A stretch of 64,000 nt of DNA. Source: Laetmonice hystrix (Eukaryota). Below the pieces are notes generated by a model. That model was given only the letters and a program-made list of their open reading frames with translations. It was not told the DNA's origin and searched no databases. The stretch spans positions 35,216,001 to 35,280,000 of the forward strand of contig OZ249436.1 in assembly GCA_965235115.1 (NCBI GenBank), given 5' to 3'. Shown one piece after another: positions 13,034-26,124 of this stretch. The first letter of the stretch is position 1; each line of letters opens with the position of its first letter. Position numbers and translations under genes: made by a program.

Positions 13034-15192
13034 ATGCGGTTGGGACACGGGGGATGGCGAGGGGCATGACTGACAGTTGAATCGGAACGATGACTGACAT
13101 TTTGCTTTACTGTGAAGGCAATTGGTTTAACTGTAAAAGCAACGTGTAATCAGAGACGATTACAGGTGGGTCATCAATGGGTAATCAGGGACGGTGACAG
13201 ACAGAATTTCCGACTGTAACGGGAAATGAACCTGAACTTGTTGAGGAGCGACAGTTGGTCTCACCAGAGGGATGGTAAAGAATGATGATTGTCAACTGGC
13301 TTGAGTGTGAAGGGGTAATCAGCGAGGATGATGGACAGAAGTCGCGACTATAAAGCCAAGGTGGTGGTGGTGGTGGGGGAGGGGGGACTATAAAAAAGGA
13401 TGAGAATGACTGTAGTATGAGCCAGGACGATGGCTGCCTTTTGAAATATTCTCGGTTTGGGTCCCAATAGCTCCCCCCCCCCCCCAACACCCACACACCC
13501 ACTACGAGCTTACAATCCTTGTCACTGCAGCAGGACCACGGAGAGTGTGGGTCTACCTTTTTTTCCGTCGCCTTGTTCACCTAAATCAATCCCTCCATGT
13601 AGGATATATAATATCGTAATCCGTATAATTCATTTTGTCAAAAAAAAAAAATCCTAATGACAAACAAACCTTTGCAGCTGAATCGATCAGTAGCTATGCT
13701 GAAGAAACATAAATAACTGATGCTTCAGGATCCCCACCGCCGCTTCTGTACGTAAATATTGTCGGAAAGATTGGCTGGCGGATGTGGTGTCGCATCATGC
13801 ACACTACCGTCGTGAGATGGACCACCGTGTCAGGCGCCCCAATTTAACACAACAGCCCGCCACACTACTGGGGATAATTTATTCAGAAGAGTTTTCCTCC
13901 ACAGCAAGGGCCAAGACTATATCGGTTATTTAAAATCAACATCAATGAATCAAGTTCAGACGTTATTTTGTCTTAGATATATAGTGTTGGCAGCCATGAT
14001 CCATACCGAAAAGGCATAATTTTAGGATCCTTGTAAACCTATACTATAATAGAGTGCGAAACCCATGCAGGTTAAACATGCCCAGTAGTTGAGGTCTTTA
14101 GGTCGCGTTCACAAGTAAAAAGAACGCCAGTCTCAAATATCTATACTTCCTAGCCTACTTACGCATACAGAACTGACATTATTGCCTATAGATCAAAGTT
14201 CTCGAGAAAAGTATGCACTGTTGTAAAACTGTGTACATTACTTACGTGTCACAAACTGACACGTGTAGATCACTTAATAAATCATTGCGGGATAGAGTCA
14301 GCCAAACTACAGTTTATATCAGTCTGTAAACTTGTTTAATAATGTAGTATCTAATGTCTACTATATGTGCATTGAATCAGAGCTAGACGCCCCTGTCCGC
14401 CTCTAGACTGAATCAATTCTTTGTTGATTTATAAAATTTTCATTAGACGTATCATGTTTCCGTATCTCTATCAGTGGCTACATTTGGCGTCAGTTTTAAC
14501 TACATGGCTGGTAGTGATACAGCAGTCACGGACAGAGAGATAGCAACCGATTTAATTGAAGATATTGACGCCAAGCCTGCACTTCTCAGCCGGAACCAAT
14601 TAATATCCCTGACGTCTAAATTCTATTTACTTCATTAAACGGGTTTCATGATCAAATCTCGAAGGGAATAGGTAAGTACAGAATCGATTTCCAGTTTCCA
14701 CACTAAGTTTATACATTAAGGGACATAATTATAGTAGAATGTAAAACAACTTTTGTAAACTTCCCTATACTTTAACTTTGACATTACTTTAGTTTAAAAG
14801 AAAGATTATGGATGGTTTTTGACTCGTCTCACCAAGATTTAGTTTTTTTTAATACGAACAAGCAAAATCTTTTGGTAATTTTACAATATTTAGAACGATT
14901 GGAGCTGTCCCCTTTGAGTCTCCGAGACTAGAGACGATATTATTGGATACACTACACATATCCCACCCAACAACTGCAGTATATCTGGCCCCACTGACCA
15001 GCACAATAACATTCAGGTATACAAATGTGCTACCAATTTTCATGTATATATATGTTGGGACGATTCAAAGTTTCTCACCTTTATCCCCCGGGATGGTAAA
15101 CAATCTTAAATATGTTGTATCAACGAGCCAAGATGTAGAGTCTGCGAATAGTAACTGTCAACTTACCAACAAACTACTGCTGTCGCCCCCAT

Positions 15193-16064
15193 TATATACT
15201 TTCAGCGCAACCTTTACATGTTTTCTTGATTAAAAAAGATAAACTATAATACTTTCAGCGCAATCGTTACATGTTTTCGATTAAAAAAAGATAAACTATA
15301 ATCTTTAAGCGCAACCTTTACATGTTTTCTTGATTAAAAAAGATAAACTATAATACTTTCAGCGCAATCTTTACATGTTTTCGATTAAAAAAAGATAAAC
15401 TATAATACTTTCAGGGCAACCTTTACATGTTTTCTTGATAGATAAACTATAATACTTTCAGCGCAATCTTTACGTTTTCTTGATTAAAAAAGATAAACTA
15501 TAATACTTTCAGCGTAATCTTTACATGTTTTCGATTAAAAACTATAATACTTTCAGCGCAACCTTTACATGTTTTCTTGATTAAAAAATGATAAACTATA
15601 ATACTTTCAGCGCAACCTGTACGTTTTCTTGATTAAAAAAGATAAACTATAATACTTTCAGCGCAATCTTTACAGGTTTTCGATTAAAAAAAGATAAACT
15701 ATAATACTTTCAGGGCAACCTTTACATGTTTTCTTGATTAAAAAAGATAAACTAATACTTTCAGGGCAACCTTTACATGTTTCCTTGATTAAAAACGATA
15801 AACTATAATACTTTAAGCGCAACCTTTACATGTTTTCTTGATTAAAAAAGATAAACTATAATACTTTCAGGGCAACCTTTACATGTTTTCTTGATTAAAA
15901 AAGATAAACTAATACTTTCAGGGCAACCTTTACATGTTTCCTTGATTAAAAACGATAAACTATAATACTTTCAGGGCAACCTTTACATGTTTTCTTGATT
16001 AAAAAAGATAAACTGATACTTTCAGCGCAATCTTTACATGTTTTCTTGTCTAGATGAACTAATA
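15193..16064. repeat. AT-rich minisatellite, about 53 bp unit, about 17 copies
   Basis: Consensus TACTTTCAGCGCAACCTTTACATGTTTTCTTGATTAAAAAAGATAAACTATAA, read directly. Unit lengths about 44-54 bp. Confidence 0.95.
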
Positions 16065-18242
16065 AGTATTGTTTGCTTTGGCCGGAAAATAACTGGCGTC
16101 GAGTTTCATTTAAAATATTTTATTTTGGGGTCGAGTTCGCCGACAGAACGATCGCTTCTGCCTCTTTCATCAGCTCCGCGCTAATTCCTCGGATTACAAT
16201 GACAAATCAATAAAACAATTAAATCAACCACTGATTTCCAGACTGTTTATTTGCCACCATTTTATATACAAACACATACACCACAAAAACATCATGAGCA
16301 CGTGGGACTCGACCTATAATAATAGTCTGTCTACGAGATGGCAATCGTGCAGCATAAATGAAATAGTAAAACCTTTAGACTGCGTCCATCGTCTAAACCC
16401 ATCCGAAGAAAGCTAACATAGTTCACATACCGTGATGATTAAGGTCAAAAGAACCTTTTTGCCAATAGAAATAACCAACAGATACAAATTTCTAGCAGTG
16501 AATATAATTGTCTCGATAAATTACAGAAACTCTACCATAATAAGTTGGAACGTCTCATATCATGTAATATATTTATTTGTTACACATGATCTCTGACTTT
16601 ATTGGATTTACTCATGCGATTAGCTATCACAGATGTTAATTTTTGTTAGTTAAAAATACTTAGGTTTACATCCTGTTTTCGACTATTGCAAATGCTGGAA
16701 TTCAGAAACAATGAATTTATCCCAACTTATTATTGACAGCTTATTCACCTTACAAAATTGTTCATTTCAACCCGTGCGTTATGTTGTGCACTATGAAGGT
16801 AGGGCTGCTGTAATTCATCTGGATTAGGTACATCATAATGTAGAAAATCTACATCTTTCACTAAAAATAAAACAGCACAACACTGGACCGGACTAAATTG
16901 ATCACAACGAAGTCACAAACGGTTCCATACATCTTTAACTCAATCACAGACTAAAACGGGTAACGTGTGCCACTAGCGGCCTACACCATGCTGCTGGAAC
17001 CAACCCCCAACAATCCCCGTACGATAAAGCGGTTATACATAAGGCCCGCACACCAAGAAAGTCACCTTAAAACGTTATCAACATTGTAAAAAACTCGCTC
17101 CTTCCTCAAAAATAGAATCTTGTACCAACAGAGAAGTGATTTCGAGATTACATTCATAATGTATAGCCGTGTCGTTACACTTCTACCAGATAATATACCG
17201 TGGGTATGTACTAATACATGCTTTAGGTTAACGACTTACTTCTTCGGCGTCGATTTGAAAAGTTCCTGGAATTACAGGGAAACTTACAAAAGAAGAGAGG
17301 CCATGCAAATTCTAGGTACAGGTTATACATCCTAGGAGTGACAAGGGAATACGTAACTCTGGAAGCTCTGTTGTTAGAGGGATATTTGTAAAAGCATAAA
17401 TACGCAGCTTGCTGCCATGTACCTTTAGATTTTGTATTACCGCTTTGGTAGCAGAGAGTTGTTGTCCTATCTGACGTATCCCTACATTCTAGTACATTCG
17501 GCAAGCTATACAAAATGTAAATTATTAGTTACACCTGTGCAATGCTTGCTGTTCTATGTACAAGATGTGTTTTGTTGCCTTTGCTATAGAGCAGAGGTAA
17601 AAAAAAAATAGTTCCCATAAGGCGGGCGGTCTTCTCGTGAGGGAGAGTTCGAAATGAAACTCGACCCTTGCGGTGCTCACGCAGCGTCCAGTATGAGATT
17701 GTAACGTGCCCACATCCAAACTACCCGTACTAGTTTTCTTAAAGGGGCATGCTGTGAATACCAGCTTTTCAGCGAGGTTGGTGGTGTGCGTAAGAAAGGG
17801 GGGTGTCAAATACACTGAAGGACTTCAGGAAATGTCCTGCCAAGATACTGTAGTCCCTGCCGTATTCTCGCCATTTATAAAGTGAAATTAAACCATACAT
17901 TTAAAGACAAAGATTTCTCTGGGGCGTAATTTTTATCGCCATACTAATCTCACTAACCATTACGGAGATCGTTTCACATTTGTCATTCAACCCCGCTGGG
18001 ATATCTCACCATCAAAACGGCATAAGAAGTTAGTCATGCTTATTTCTGATATTTGCTCCCAAAGTGACTCTTTAAAAAAAGCTCTGAACGTGCAATCTCC
18101 AGGGCGGATGTCGTTTCAAAATGTAAAGCGACTGGCCCGCTGAGCCTCCTGCTGTCCGACAATGTCTGGTATTTTGATCGGGGAAAGAAACCTCAACGTG
18201 TTTGGTGTACGAGAGGATGGCAGCACGTTCTCCTTGGCCAAC

Positions 18243-18256
18243 CTGCCAGGGGGCGC
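18243..18256 (+). promoter_or_regulatory. CTCF-like motif between the two genes
   Basis: CTGCCAGGGGGCGC compared with the consensus CCRSYAGRKGGCRS (1 mismatch). Confidence 0.4.
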
Positions 18257-18295
18257 TACCGGTCACATGCCCGGGTCAGTCACCCCTCACTGGAC

Positions 18296-18334
18296 GGGGG
18301 TGGGGGTGGGGGTGGGGGTGGGGGTGGGGGTGGG
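18296..18334 (+). repeat. (GGGGGT)6 tract, potential G-quadruplex
   Basis: Six G5 runs with 1-nt loops, then GGG. Confidence 0.85.
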
Positions 18335-21300
18335 ATCAATACTCGGAGACGGCCTGCCGGTAAGTGCGGATGTTGTGTAACTCGCCCGAGACAGCAGAGA
18401 TAGCATGACATCATCCATTATGTCACTTCGAGACCGCCATCTTAATGTTCTCAACTCAAGTTCTAATATAATTTAGTAGCACATTACAACCAAAGAGGAC
18501 GTCAGACACGTTAGTGCCAGATGCGATTCGTCTTATAATTTCAAGCGAATTCAAACGATCCCTTTTGATGGTTATGGCTTTACAACTACCGCGACTCAGA
18601 TCACTAACAGCCAGTATAAATACATTTTAAAACACCCCACCCATTCCTTATTTCGTACATGAGAACAGCATCTTTACACTGAGCCGAAAACCTAGCCAGA
18701 AACCCAACGAATCATTCAACAACCATGGATTGCGAAATATTTTGATTTGCCGACCATGATCGACCGGGGCCAAGAGAAGATAAGTTGAGTAGAAGGAGCG
18801 CCGTCTAGGAGACCACTGGTGGCGGGTAGCGTTACGCGGGTATGGGTACGACCCGCCCCTATCACACCTGTCCAACACTCGGAACTCATTGCCCCCAGGC
18901 TATCACTCGTCGACCTCCGACATCACACGGCCAACATACACACACAGGTGTAGCAGCCCACCCCCTGACTCCTGAGTTCCAATGTCATGATGTACAGGGT
19001 GTTCCATAAGTCTGGACTCATTGAAATGAAAATGAACCACTTAGAACATTTTGGTTCGTTTTTCATTCCAATTTCAAATTGACTCAGGCCGGCCAGTCTA
19101 GGGGAGAGAGTACTTAGGTTGTTCAATAGATGAGAGAAACGGGTACGGAGGCAATCTCCTTTCGTTAACCCTCCTCCTCCTGTATCCGCACCTCCCCTTG
19201 TGTCACTTTGAGGACACATCACCTAATTACCCCATTAAGCCAGAGTTGTGGCACACCTTGCACACCATCTCACCACATCTACGGGACGTTCCCGGTTAAC
19301 TGTGCATATTATGATAGTTCCGGGACACGGAACATCAACATTGTGAACGCTGCGCGTCTGCCGCTCAACCAATCAATACCGACCAAACACTGGCACATAA
19401 TCCGCTACAGGAATGCTCATTTACATCTAACAGATCTCTTTACCGTGCACTGTGTATAAGCTACAACAATCGAGGGTTAACTCTAGGGACACATACAAGT
19501 CGTTGGGCTGACTTTATAAATCTTCCCTGTATGCTGATGGACGCATACTGTTGGTATTCAACGCTCAATCCGGGACTTTAAGGAGTATCAATGAGAGCCA
19601 ATTAACGGAACACACCGCAACTCAACATTGTTCGGTATATATTAATCATAATCATTATTTTTGTTGCTATATACAAGAGGTTTTTTTAAAACTATCCTGG
19701 GCCAACAATAGTAAACTATCTGACAAACGGGCGTTAACCCTTGCTATCTATCCAACACTTGGCCGATCTTTTCCACTGCCAGTCCGTAGGACAGGACAAT
19801 GAGGATCGAATATAAAGTCTACCCTTTCCATTATGCCTTTTGTAGCACTCCATGTACAACTTATCTTTTGATATCAAACAGCCATTTGTATATATCATAT
19901 AAGTATGTAGATGCCGGTGATAGGGATATCATAAATAGGTACAACAATTAGGTACTTCATCTGTAACTGATTAAATGAAGTCTCAGCCGCCAGTGGACCG
20001 AAAACCACCAGGCAGGTTGCCTTCATGGTCTGAGCCTTCCATCAACCAGTTACGGTCAACTGCGGTGAAAGCGAAGAGGAGATGAGAGCGGGGACCCGAA
20101 GCTCAAATGCTGTCCTCTCCCCCGAGGAGGACCCCCTAAAGGGGACCTACGCCAAAATGGTCCCCCAAATAATTCTGGGGGGTCAGGGTCATGAACCTTC
20201 AGGGCAAGTCGTGCGTAAACTCTACCAACCTACCATCCACGTGCTTCCTGCTGTCTGCAGGCCTACAACTGTCGCCACCATCATCGCTCCAATGGATACT
20301 CAAATATCACCCTAACTGTTATAGTCGGTGAAGTAATTACTAATCACACAAGAAATGTGCTTGTTATTCTTTACATTCACACAAAATGAATCCAAGAGTG
20401 GAGTGGACGCGAGAGATGGTATCAATAACACTAATTAAAAGCAATTAGTGATGGCGATTCTAAAACAATTCCTAACTAACAATCATCTAACAACTATTGT
20501 TGTAACCTGACATTAAAAACAAACTTTGCGCTGAAGGCTCATTCAAATAGGGGAGAGTCCTTTTCATTTCATGGCAGTGACCCATCACCACAATAGGTTG
20601 ATAAAACAAATCTATGCTTTTACATACAACAAAACCATAAATTATGCACTAGAAAGCTAATAAAGTAATTACTCTGTCGCCACCCTGATTGTGCAGTTAT
20701 ATATACATAATCATGCATGACGAATACAACTTGGCTGTTCCAGGCGTTATCGCACGCCGTAAGGAGCATGCCTCATCCCATGACAGGCTACAATGTACTA
20801 CATGTTTAGCGAAGACTATGTCAAATAGCAAACGGTCTGCTGCTGTCTGGACGCGCCGATATGACGTCATCATACAGGAACTGTTTTTATCCCTTTGCTG
20901 ACTGCAGGCGGCATATAGAGATCAGGTCCAATTCAAAATTGGCCTGACATCGGCAACTACACCAGCCACATTTTCTAGTACTTTGTTAGAAATTATCTTG
21001 CTAAGCAACAAAAGTACGAAAACGAACGAAATGCAGTACACTAAAGGGGGCCGGAGGCGGGGATGTCAGAATTAAGGTGCTAAGTTCATAAAACGTTGGT
21101 TTTCCCAATCCGATAACAAATTTATATATATATACAAATGGCTGTTTTTCTGTGTCCAATTCTGAGACAAGTATGAAAAGGAAAAATGACATTTACTTAC
21201 GAAAGAAACAAAGAAACCAAATGTCACATGAGACACTGGAATGTCAGAAAGCGTTGCGATAAGCTCAAGAGACGTTATGACGTCATACTGATACGTCAAA

Positions 21301-22342
21301 CGTCACAATAATGTAGGCTAGGGCGCGGGCTATGCTCACACAAGCAGTCGACGTCCATCTGAAGTGCAAATATAAAATGTCGGCACTTCGGAAGACACAA
21401 CTGTAGGTATAGCTGGAGACCAAGAGAGTGGCTCCTATGGAATGAAGTCAAAACTTGCTTCGAGTCCTATTCCTGAGAGATTTGTCAAGAGGAGTTCATG
21501 CCAGATATCATTTCTCAATACACATTGATGATGTAAGTTTCACAACTCAGACGGAGTCCGCTCATTTTATCTAACTACAGAAGAATCCTTTTCCCCAAAT
21601 GATCAGATCGCCTGGGTGTTCCATTTCCCTCTTCCTTTTAAAGCTTCAATAGAGAAGAGTTCTTTGAAGTACACGTACTGACACTTTTTTTCTTATCACG
21701 ATGAATTAAAGTTTTCTACATTTCTGTACAAGATTCTTAGAACTGCTTCTGAAGTGCTAACAGACCTATGAGGAGAGACCAATCGATGTTCTTTACGGTC
21801 TGCGGCAAACTTTCTACGATATAACTCGATATACCCGGTATGTGTAAACTCAAACTTCTATCACTTAACCAATGTCTAAACTTTTCATGCTATATATTTG
21901 ACCAGTTTACGTCGTATGTAATAAACTGTATGTTCAACATACAAGAATTTTTGAGGGCGCAAGGGAAAGATAGTGATATATGAAATAAATAACTGGGGTA
22001 ATTGTGAATTAAATGTCGCTATTAAGTAACATATATATAATTGTGTAAGTAGTCTTACAACTGTGTCAAAAATCTTTGAAAGTTATCTCCGCTACCTCAC
22101 CAAAACTACTGCCAATACCAATGCTCAACTAAATCGAAAGATATCGCGCAGACACAGGAAGAGAGAATATAAGTTTATGCTTGTCTGGTAGGAGTAGTAT
22201 ATATAAGGCAAGGCTCCACTTAGGATTTGGTCAAAGAAAAAGGGATGAATCTATTACCATTATTATTATTAGCATCATCATCATTATGATAATCATTATT
22301 ATTGAAAATGTTGCATAGAGAGAGTATTGGTACTATTTCTTT

Positions 22343-22996
22343 AGTTCCACGATACTGAAGGCTGTTGATTATAATGTGCTTTGCTTTCATTACACTGAAG
22401 GCTGTCAGCTCATGTGCCTTGGGCCTTCAGTTCCATGACAATGAATGCTGTCGGCTGATGTGCCTTAGCTTTTAGTTCCATGATACTGAAAACCCTGAGC
22501 TGATGTGCCTTGACCTTCAGGTCCATGATACTGAAAGAATCGGCTGATGTGCCTTGACCTTCATTTCCATGATACTGAATGAATCGGCTGATGTGCCTTG
22601 ACCTTCAGTTCCATGATACTGAAGGAATCGGCTGATGTGCCTTGACCTTCAGTTCCATGATACTGAAGGAATCAGCTGATGTGCCTTGACCTTCATTTCC
22701 ATGATACTGAAGGAATCGGCTGATGTGCCTTGACCTTCAGTTACATGATACTGAAGGAATCGACTGATGTATCTTGACCTTCAGTTCCATGATACTGAAG
22801 GAATCAGCTGATGTGCCTTGACCTTCAGTTCCATGATACTGAAGGAATCGGCTGATGTGCCTTGACCTTCAGTTCCATGATACTGAAGGAATCAGCTGAT
22901 GTGCCTTGACCTTCAGTTCCATGATACTGAAGGAATCGGCTGATGTGCCTTGACCTTCAGTTCCATGATACTGAAGGAATCGGCTGATGTGCCTTG
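22343..22996. repeat. 44 bp minisatellite, about 11 near-identical plus about 4 degenerate copies
   Basis: GATACTGAAGGAATCGGCTGATGTGCCTTGACCTTCAGTTCCAT; unit starts at exact 44-bp spacing from 22527 to 22967. Confidence 0.95.
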
Positions 22997-24507
22997 GTTT
23001 TACGCCATTAGCATCTACCGCTAATCAGAATGACCAGCAATAAGTGTTCTGGTGCATTACAATTATATAATGGGTATGCCACTCTTATGCTGACCATAAC
23101 GGCCTATTGTCCACCAAACTAAAATATTCTTGATGACCAGGCTTGTGGCCACCAACTCTACCATATGTGCTTATAACTTAAGGGTTATAAGAATCTTTTT
23201 CTTAACTTCTGACATTTCATGAAACGATAAATTTCATTTAAAGCAATGGCAATTTGATTGCTTTTCTTTCGTAGATCTATACTCAGTCCAAACCACAGTA
23301 GAAGTAATCAACATCAAATGCCCCTATAATTTATCATGCTTTCTAATGCTGAATGGTACTATTAATTTCCTCAGTAAATCGTTTCATCAAAGATCTTTTC
23401 CGGCCCTATAACTTGGTTATTTTATATTTAGCCTATGTTGATCTTCTTGCCAATACGCCTAAAATTACAACATTATATATATACGGTATTGAACTGTATA
23501 AAAGGGGACTACACTTTACAATCACTCATTTTTTGCTAATTGCTTGATTTGGTAAAAATCGAACCCCATAGTGCACTTTTCTTTAAATATTTTTTCAGTG
23601 CCCATTGTAATACGGATTGAAATCAGCAGGAGGGGATATTTCACTTGCATTAGTTTTGTTCAAGTAGCACAGATTGGCCATTTTAGATTACATAGTCGCT
23701 CCAAGGCTGTAGAATATATTATCGGTTAATAGAGTAATGGACCCTTGAAACAGAAGAAGGTCACTCTGGTAGTTAGTTACTGGTATTATATACTCACATT
23801 CTATCAACGTCCAAAAAGACTTGTTATCTACAACATACATTTACAGCATAAGCACGTGATCTTCGCTCTTCTTGATTTGACTTCCACTGAAATGACGGCA
23901 GTTCTGTTTGCTATAACTCCTTCCAACTACAAATACACTTTGTAACCAGCTACATTTCTGTACTCACTACGGACAAGTACAGGTACTTCTAGAGAATGAA
24001 CCTCCACCGTTCAATAAATAACTTACCAAGGAATCTGGCGAGAACGCCATCGTTTTCTCTATAAATGACCCCTAAAAATATCTACGGAATGTATCTCCGT
24101 AGATAGCACATCAGGTAATAGAAATTTCAAACCGAGTCAGCTTTACTTGCCTTTCGAGGATGACTGTTGTTGCTGTTAACACTGATGTGGCGTGTTTTGT
24201 ACTTGTCTTGTTTCCGATATGTTTTACCATCAGATTAGTGCACCTAGATTTGGGCCGTGGTGACTAAATTTTGCCACGATGCTGAAGTGCGGGATTGGGG
24301 AGCGGATGAACATCAAATGCACTTTGAATGAATCTTGATTTGCAACTCTGCAAAATGTCAATTCTTCCTGAACATAAAAATAGGATTCAATTGATTTAAT
24401 AGTGTCTGAAATATTTAAGGAATCACAGCGCCCATTGCTTGTGAAGACTGAAGACAGTGGCGTTACACTTTTAGGTGCACGAAGCCGAGGGGCCCTGGGT
24501 TGTCAGT

Positions 24508-25214
24508 TTACGCCTTGAACCAGCCGCCTACCTTCTGTGCCATGCCTGTCTTGAAAGGGTCGTAGTGCTGCCTCTTGAACAACTGTGTACTGGGGAAGTT
24601 GCGAATGTCTCGGAGAACGGGCAACTGAATGTCAGACTCCAAAATGATGAACATCATCAACAGAAGCAGCGCAATGAGAAACCCAACCGACAGCGCCACC
24701 AAGCGGCATGTTGATGCAGCTGGTTTTTGAGGCTCTTCGTACTCGGTGGCCATGTTCTTCATTCCGTTCGGTTCCTTGGTTGTCGGCACTGAGAGCGGAG
24801 ACTTGAGGAGACCTTCAGTCTGAGGTGGCACGGTATCTCGCTGCTCGTCTGCCGCCATTATCTCCTCTTCAATGTCTGCTGCGATACCGACGTGGTTGCT
24901 CTCTGACGTTGACAAACGACATCGGTCCAGCTCGTTCTGGAGTTCCTCGATCTGCGCATCAAGGTCCCCTGACTTTGGTTTCTTGTCTTCAGGGAACCCT
25001 GGCAGGTCTTCTTTGTCTGGCGAGTCGAGGGGGCTGTATGGGGCCTCGCTCATGGTCACGGCATGCTCCTCTGGAATGGTGTTTTCCAAGTTCTCAAATG
25101 AGGAGATTTCCTGCATCTCATGGGAGCGCGTCATTGGTGGCAGAGTGGCTGTAGACAGGTTGTTTGCGTCTGCAACTGAAATGGGAAGCCAGGTCGTGGT
25201 AGGATCCCTAAAAA
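24508..25214 (-). CDS. FRMD5: FRMD3/5-like terminal coding exon 14 (acidic disordered linker, short coiled coil, C-terminal TM helix and tail)
   Basis: 3' part of track ORF 24508-25296. RLVALSVGFLIALLLLMMFIILESD..LRDIR..P..Q.F...HYDP resembles the FRMD3/5 C-terminal TM region as I recall it. First AG after the pyrimidine tract is GCTCAG at 25215 (phase 1, in frame); alternative exon starts at 25207, 25175 and 25169. Stop TAA. Confidence 0.88.
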
Positions 25215-25354
25215 CTGAGCAAAATACCAGCCAAAAGAGAAAGAAAATGTAGCTAAAAGTTTCTCTGGACCTAGAGAACAGACATAACGACCTCATGCTG
25301 GTTTAAAATGTCTGAGAGATCTGATGGGATAACTGTACTTTAACAGACCCATAC

Positions 25355-25452
25355 CTTCATCTATCTCCTGGGACTTGTCTCTGATCTTGATGGGCATCGA
25401 CACTGAGCGCATCTTGGTGAAGGACCTTACAAATTGAGGGTTGGAGAGGGAC
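25355..25452 (-). CDS. FRMD5: FRMD3/5-like exon 13 (SLSNPQFVRSFTKMRSVSMPIKIRDKSQEIDE)
   Basis: CCACAG acceptor, GTATGG donor, 98 nt, phase 2-1. Keeps the frame between exon 12 and the terminal exon. Confidence 0.8.
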
Positions 25453-25772
25453 CTGTGGATTTAGAGAGGAACACACGTCAGGGTTGAAAAATATCCCAAA
25501 CTAGGCTAAATGTTTCCCAGATGTTCTAATAGGACGAAGCCGTTAGTAATATAGATTATAAATTAACAGCATTTAATTCATTACAACTGAGAGAGAAAGA
25601 ATCCTTGTCATCAGCCGGCATTATTTTTGCGAGTACGTTCCAGAATCCTTTTAATCGATGTCGAGTAGTTGGCGCCTGTGGCGGCCACTCTTATACTCAA
25701 TCACCTTTATAGAGTACACTCTCCTACAGTGCACAAAGTTAGTTCACGCCGTCATTGTCGTGTGACAATTAC

Positions 25773-25841
25773 CTTTCAAACATTGGGGGGTCTCTCATAA
25801 TGTTGGCACTCTGTTGGTACACCTCCTTCTGACAGCGTCCA
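25773..25841 (-). CDS. FRMD5: FRMD3/5-like exon 12 (GRCQKEVYQQSANIMRDPPMFE)
   Basis: ATTTTCAG acceptor, GTAATT donor, 69 nt, phase 2-2. SGR..KEV...SA.I.R.PP resembles FRMD5. Confidence 0.93.
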
Positions 25842-26124
25842 CTGAAAATATCAAAGCGGTGTTAGCTGGCGATGTGAACGATTTTGGGTGCGCATCGTCA
25901 GACGAGCAGCGATCACCGTACAACACTTGTGTCAACATTAATATCGACATTTAATACGAATAAATTACACCAGAGGTACATGACAATAACCTTGTTGACA
26001 GACTGCTAAAGAAAGGCTTATGAACACACCTTAAAAACAGTTATTAAACGCTGAAGGGATTTAAAGGTTTATCAAAATTATTATTTAAAAATTATTAATA
26101 GAATCAAAAAGTTAGGTCAAAACC

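Noticed and set aside
15193-16064. CRISPR-like appearance of this and the 22.3 kb and 53.7 kb arrays
   Set aside because: Head-to-tail repeats with no unique spacers, no cas genes, and a eukaryotic intron-containing context.
16150-16165. ATCGCTTCT match to the U2 snRNA 5' end
   Set aside because: Only 9 nt match; the rest of U2 is absent.
18162-18380. 72-aa ORF with a GVGVGV run
   Set aside because: The run is the translation of the (GGGGGT)n tract; no other coding evidence.
21377-21540. Short plus-strand ORFs with PIPERFVKR and a GTAAGT donor as a neuropeptide exon
   Set aside because: No signal peptide, no amidation Gly, and the frames close before the donor.
22527-22996. CTGATG plus stem-loop in the 44-bp unit as a hammerhead satellite
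   Set aside because: Core is CUGAUGU, the stem is 8 nt away and there is no GAAA.
24475-25252. Plus-strand ORFs of 79, 109 and 126 aa over the FRMD terminal exon
   Set aside because: Antisense shadows of the coding exon.
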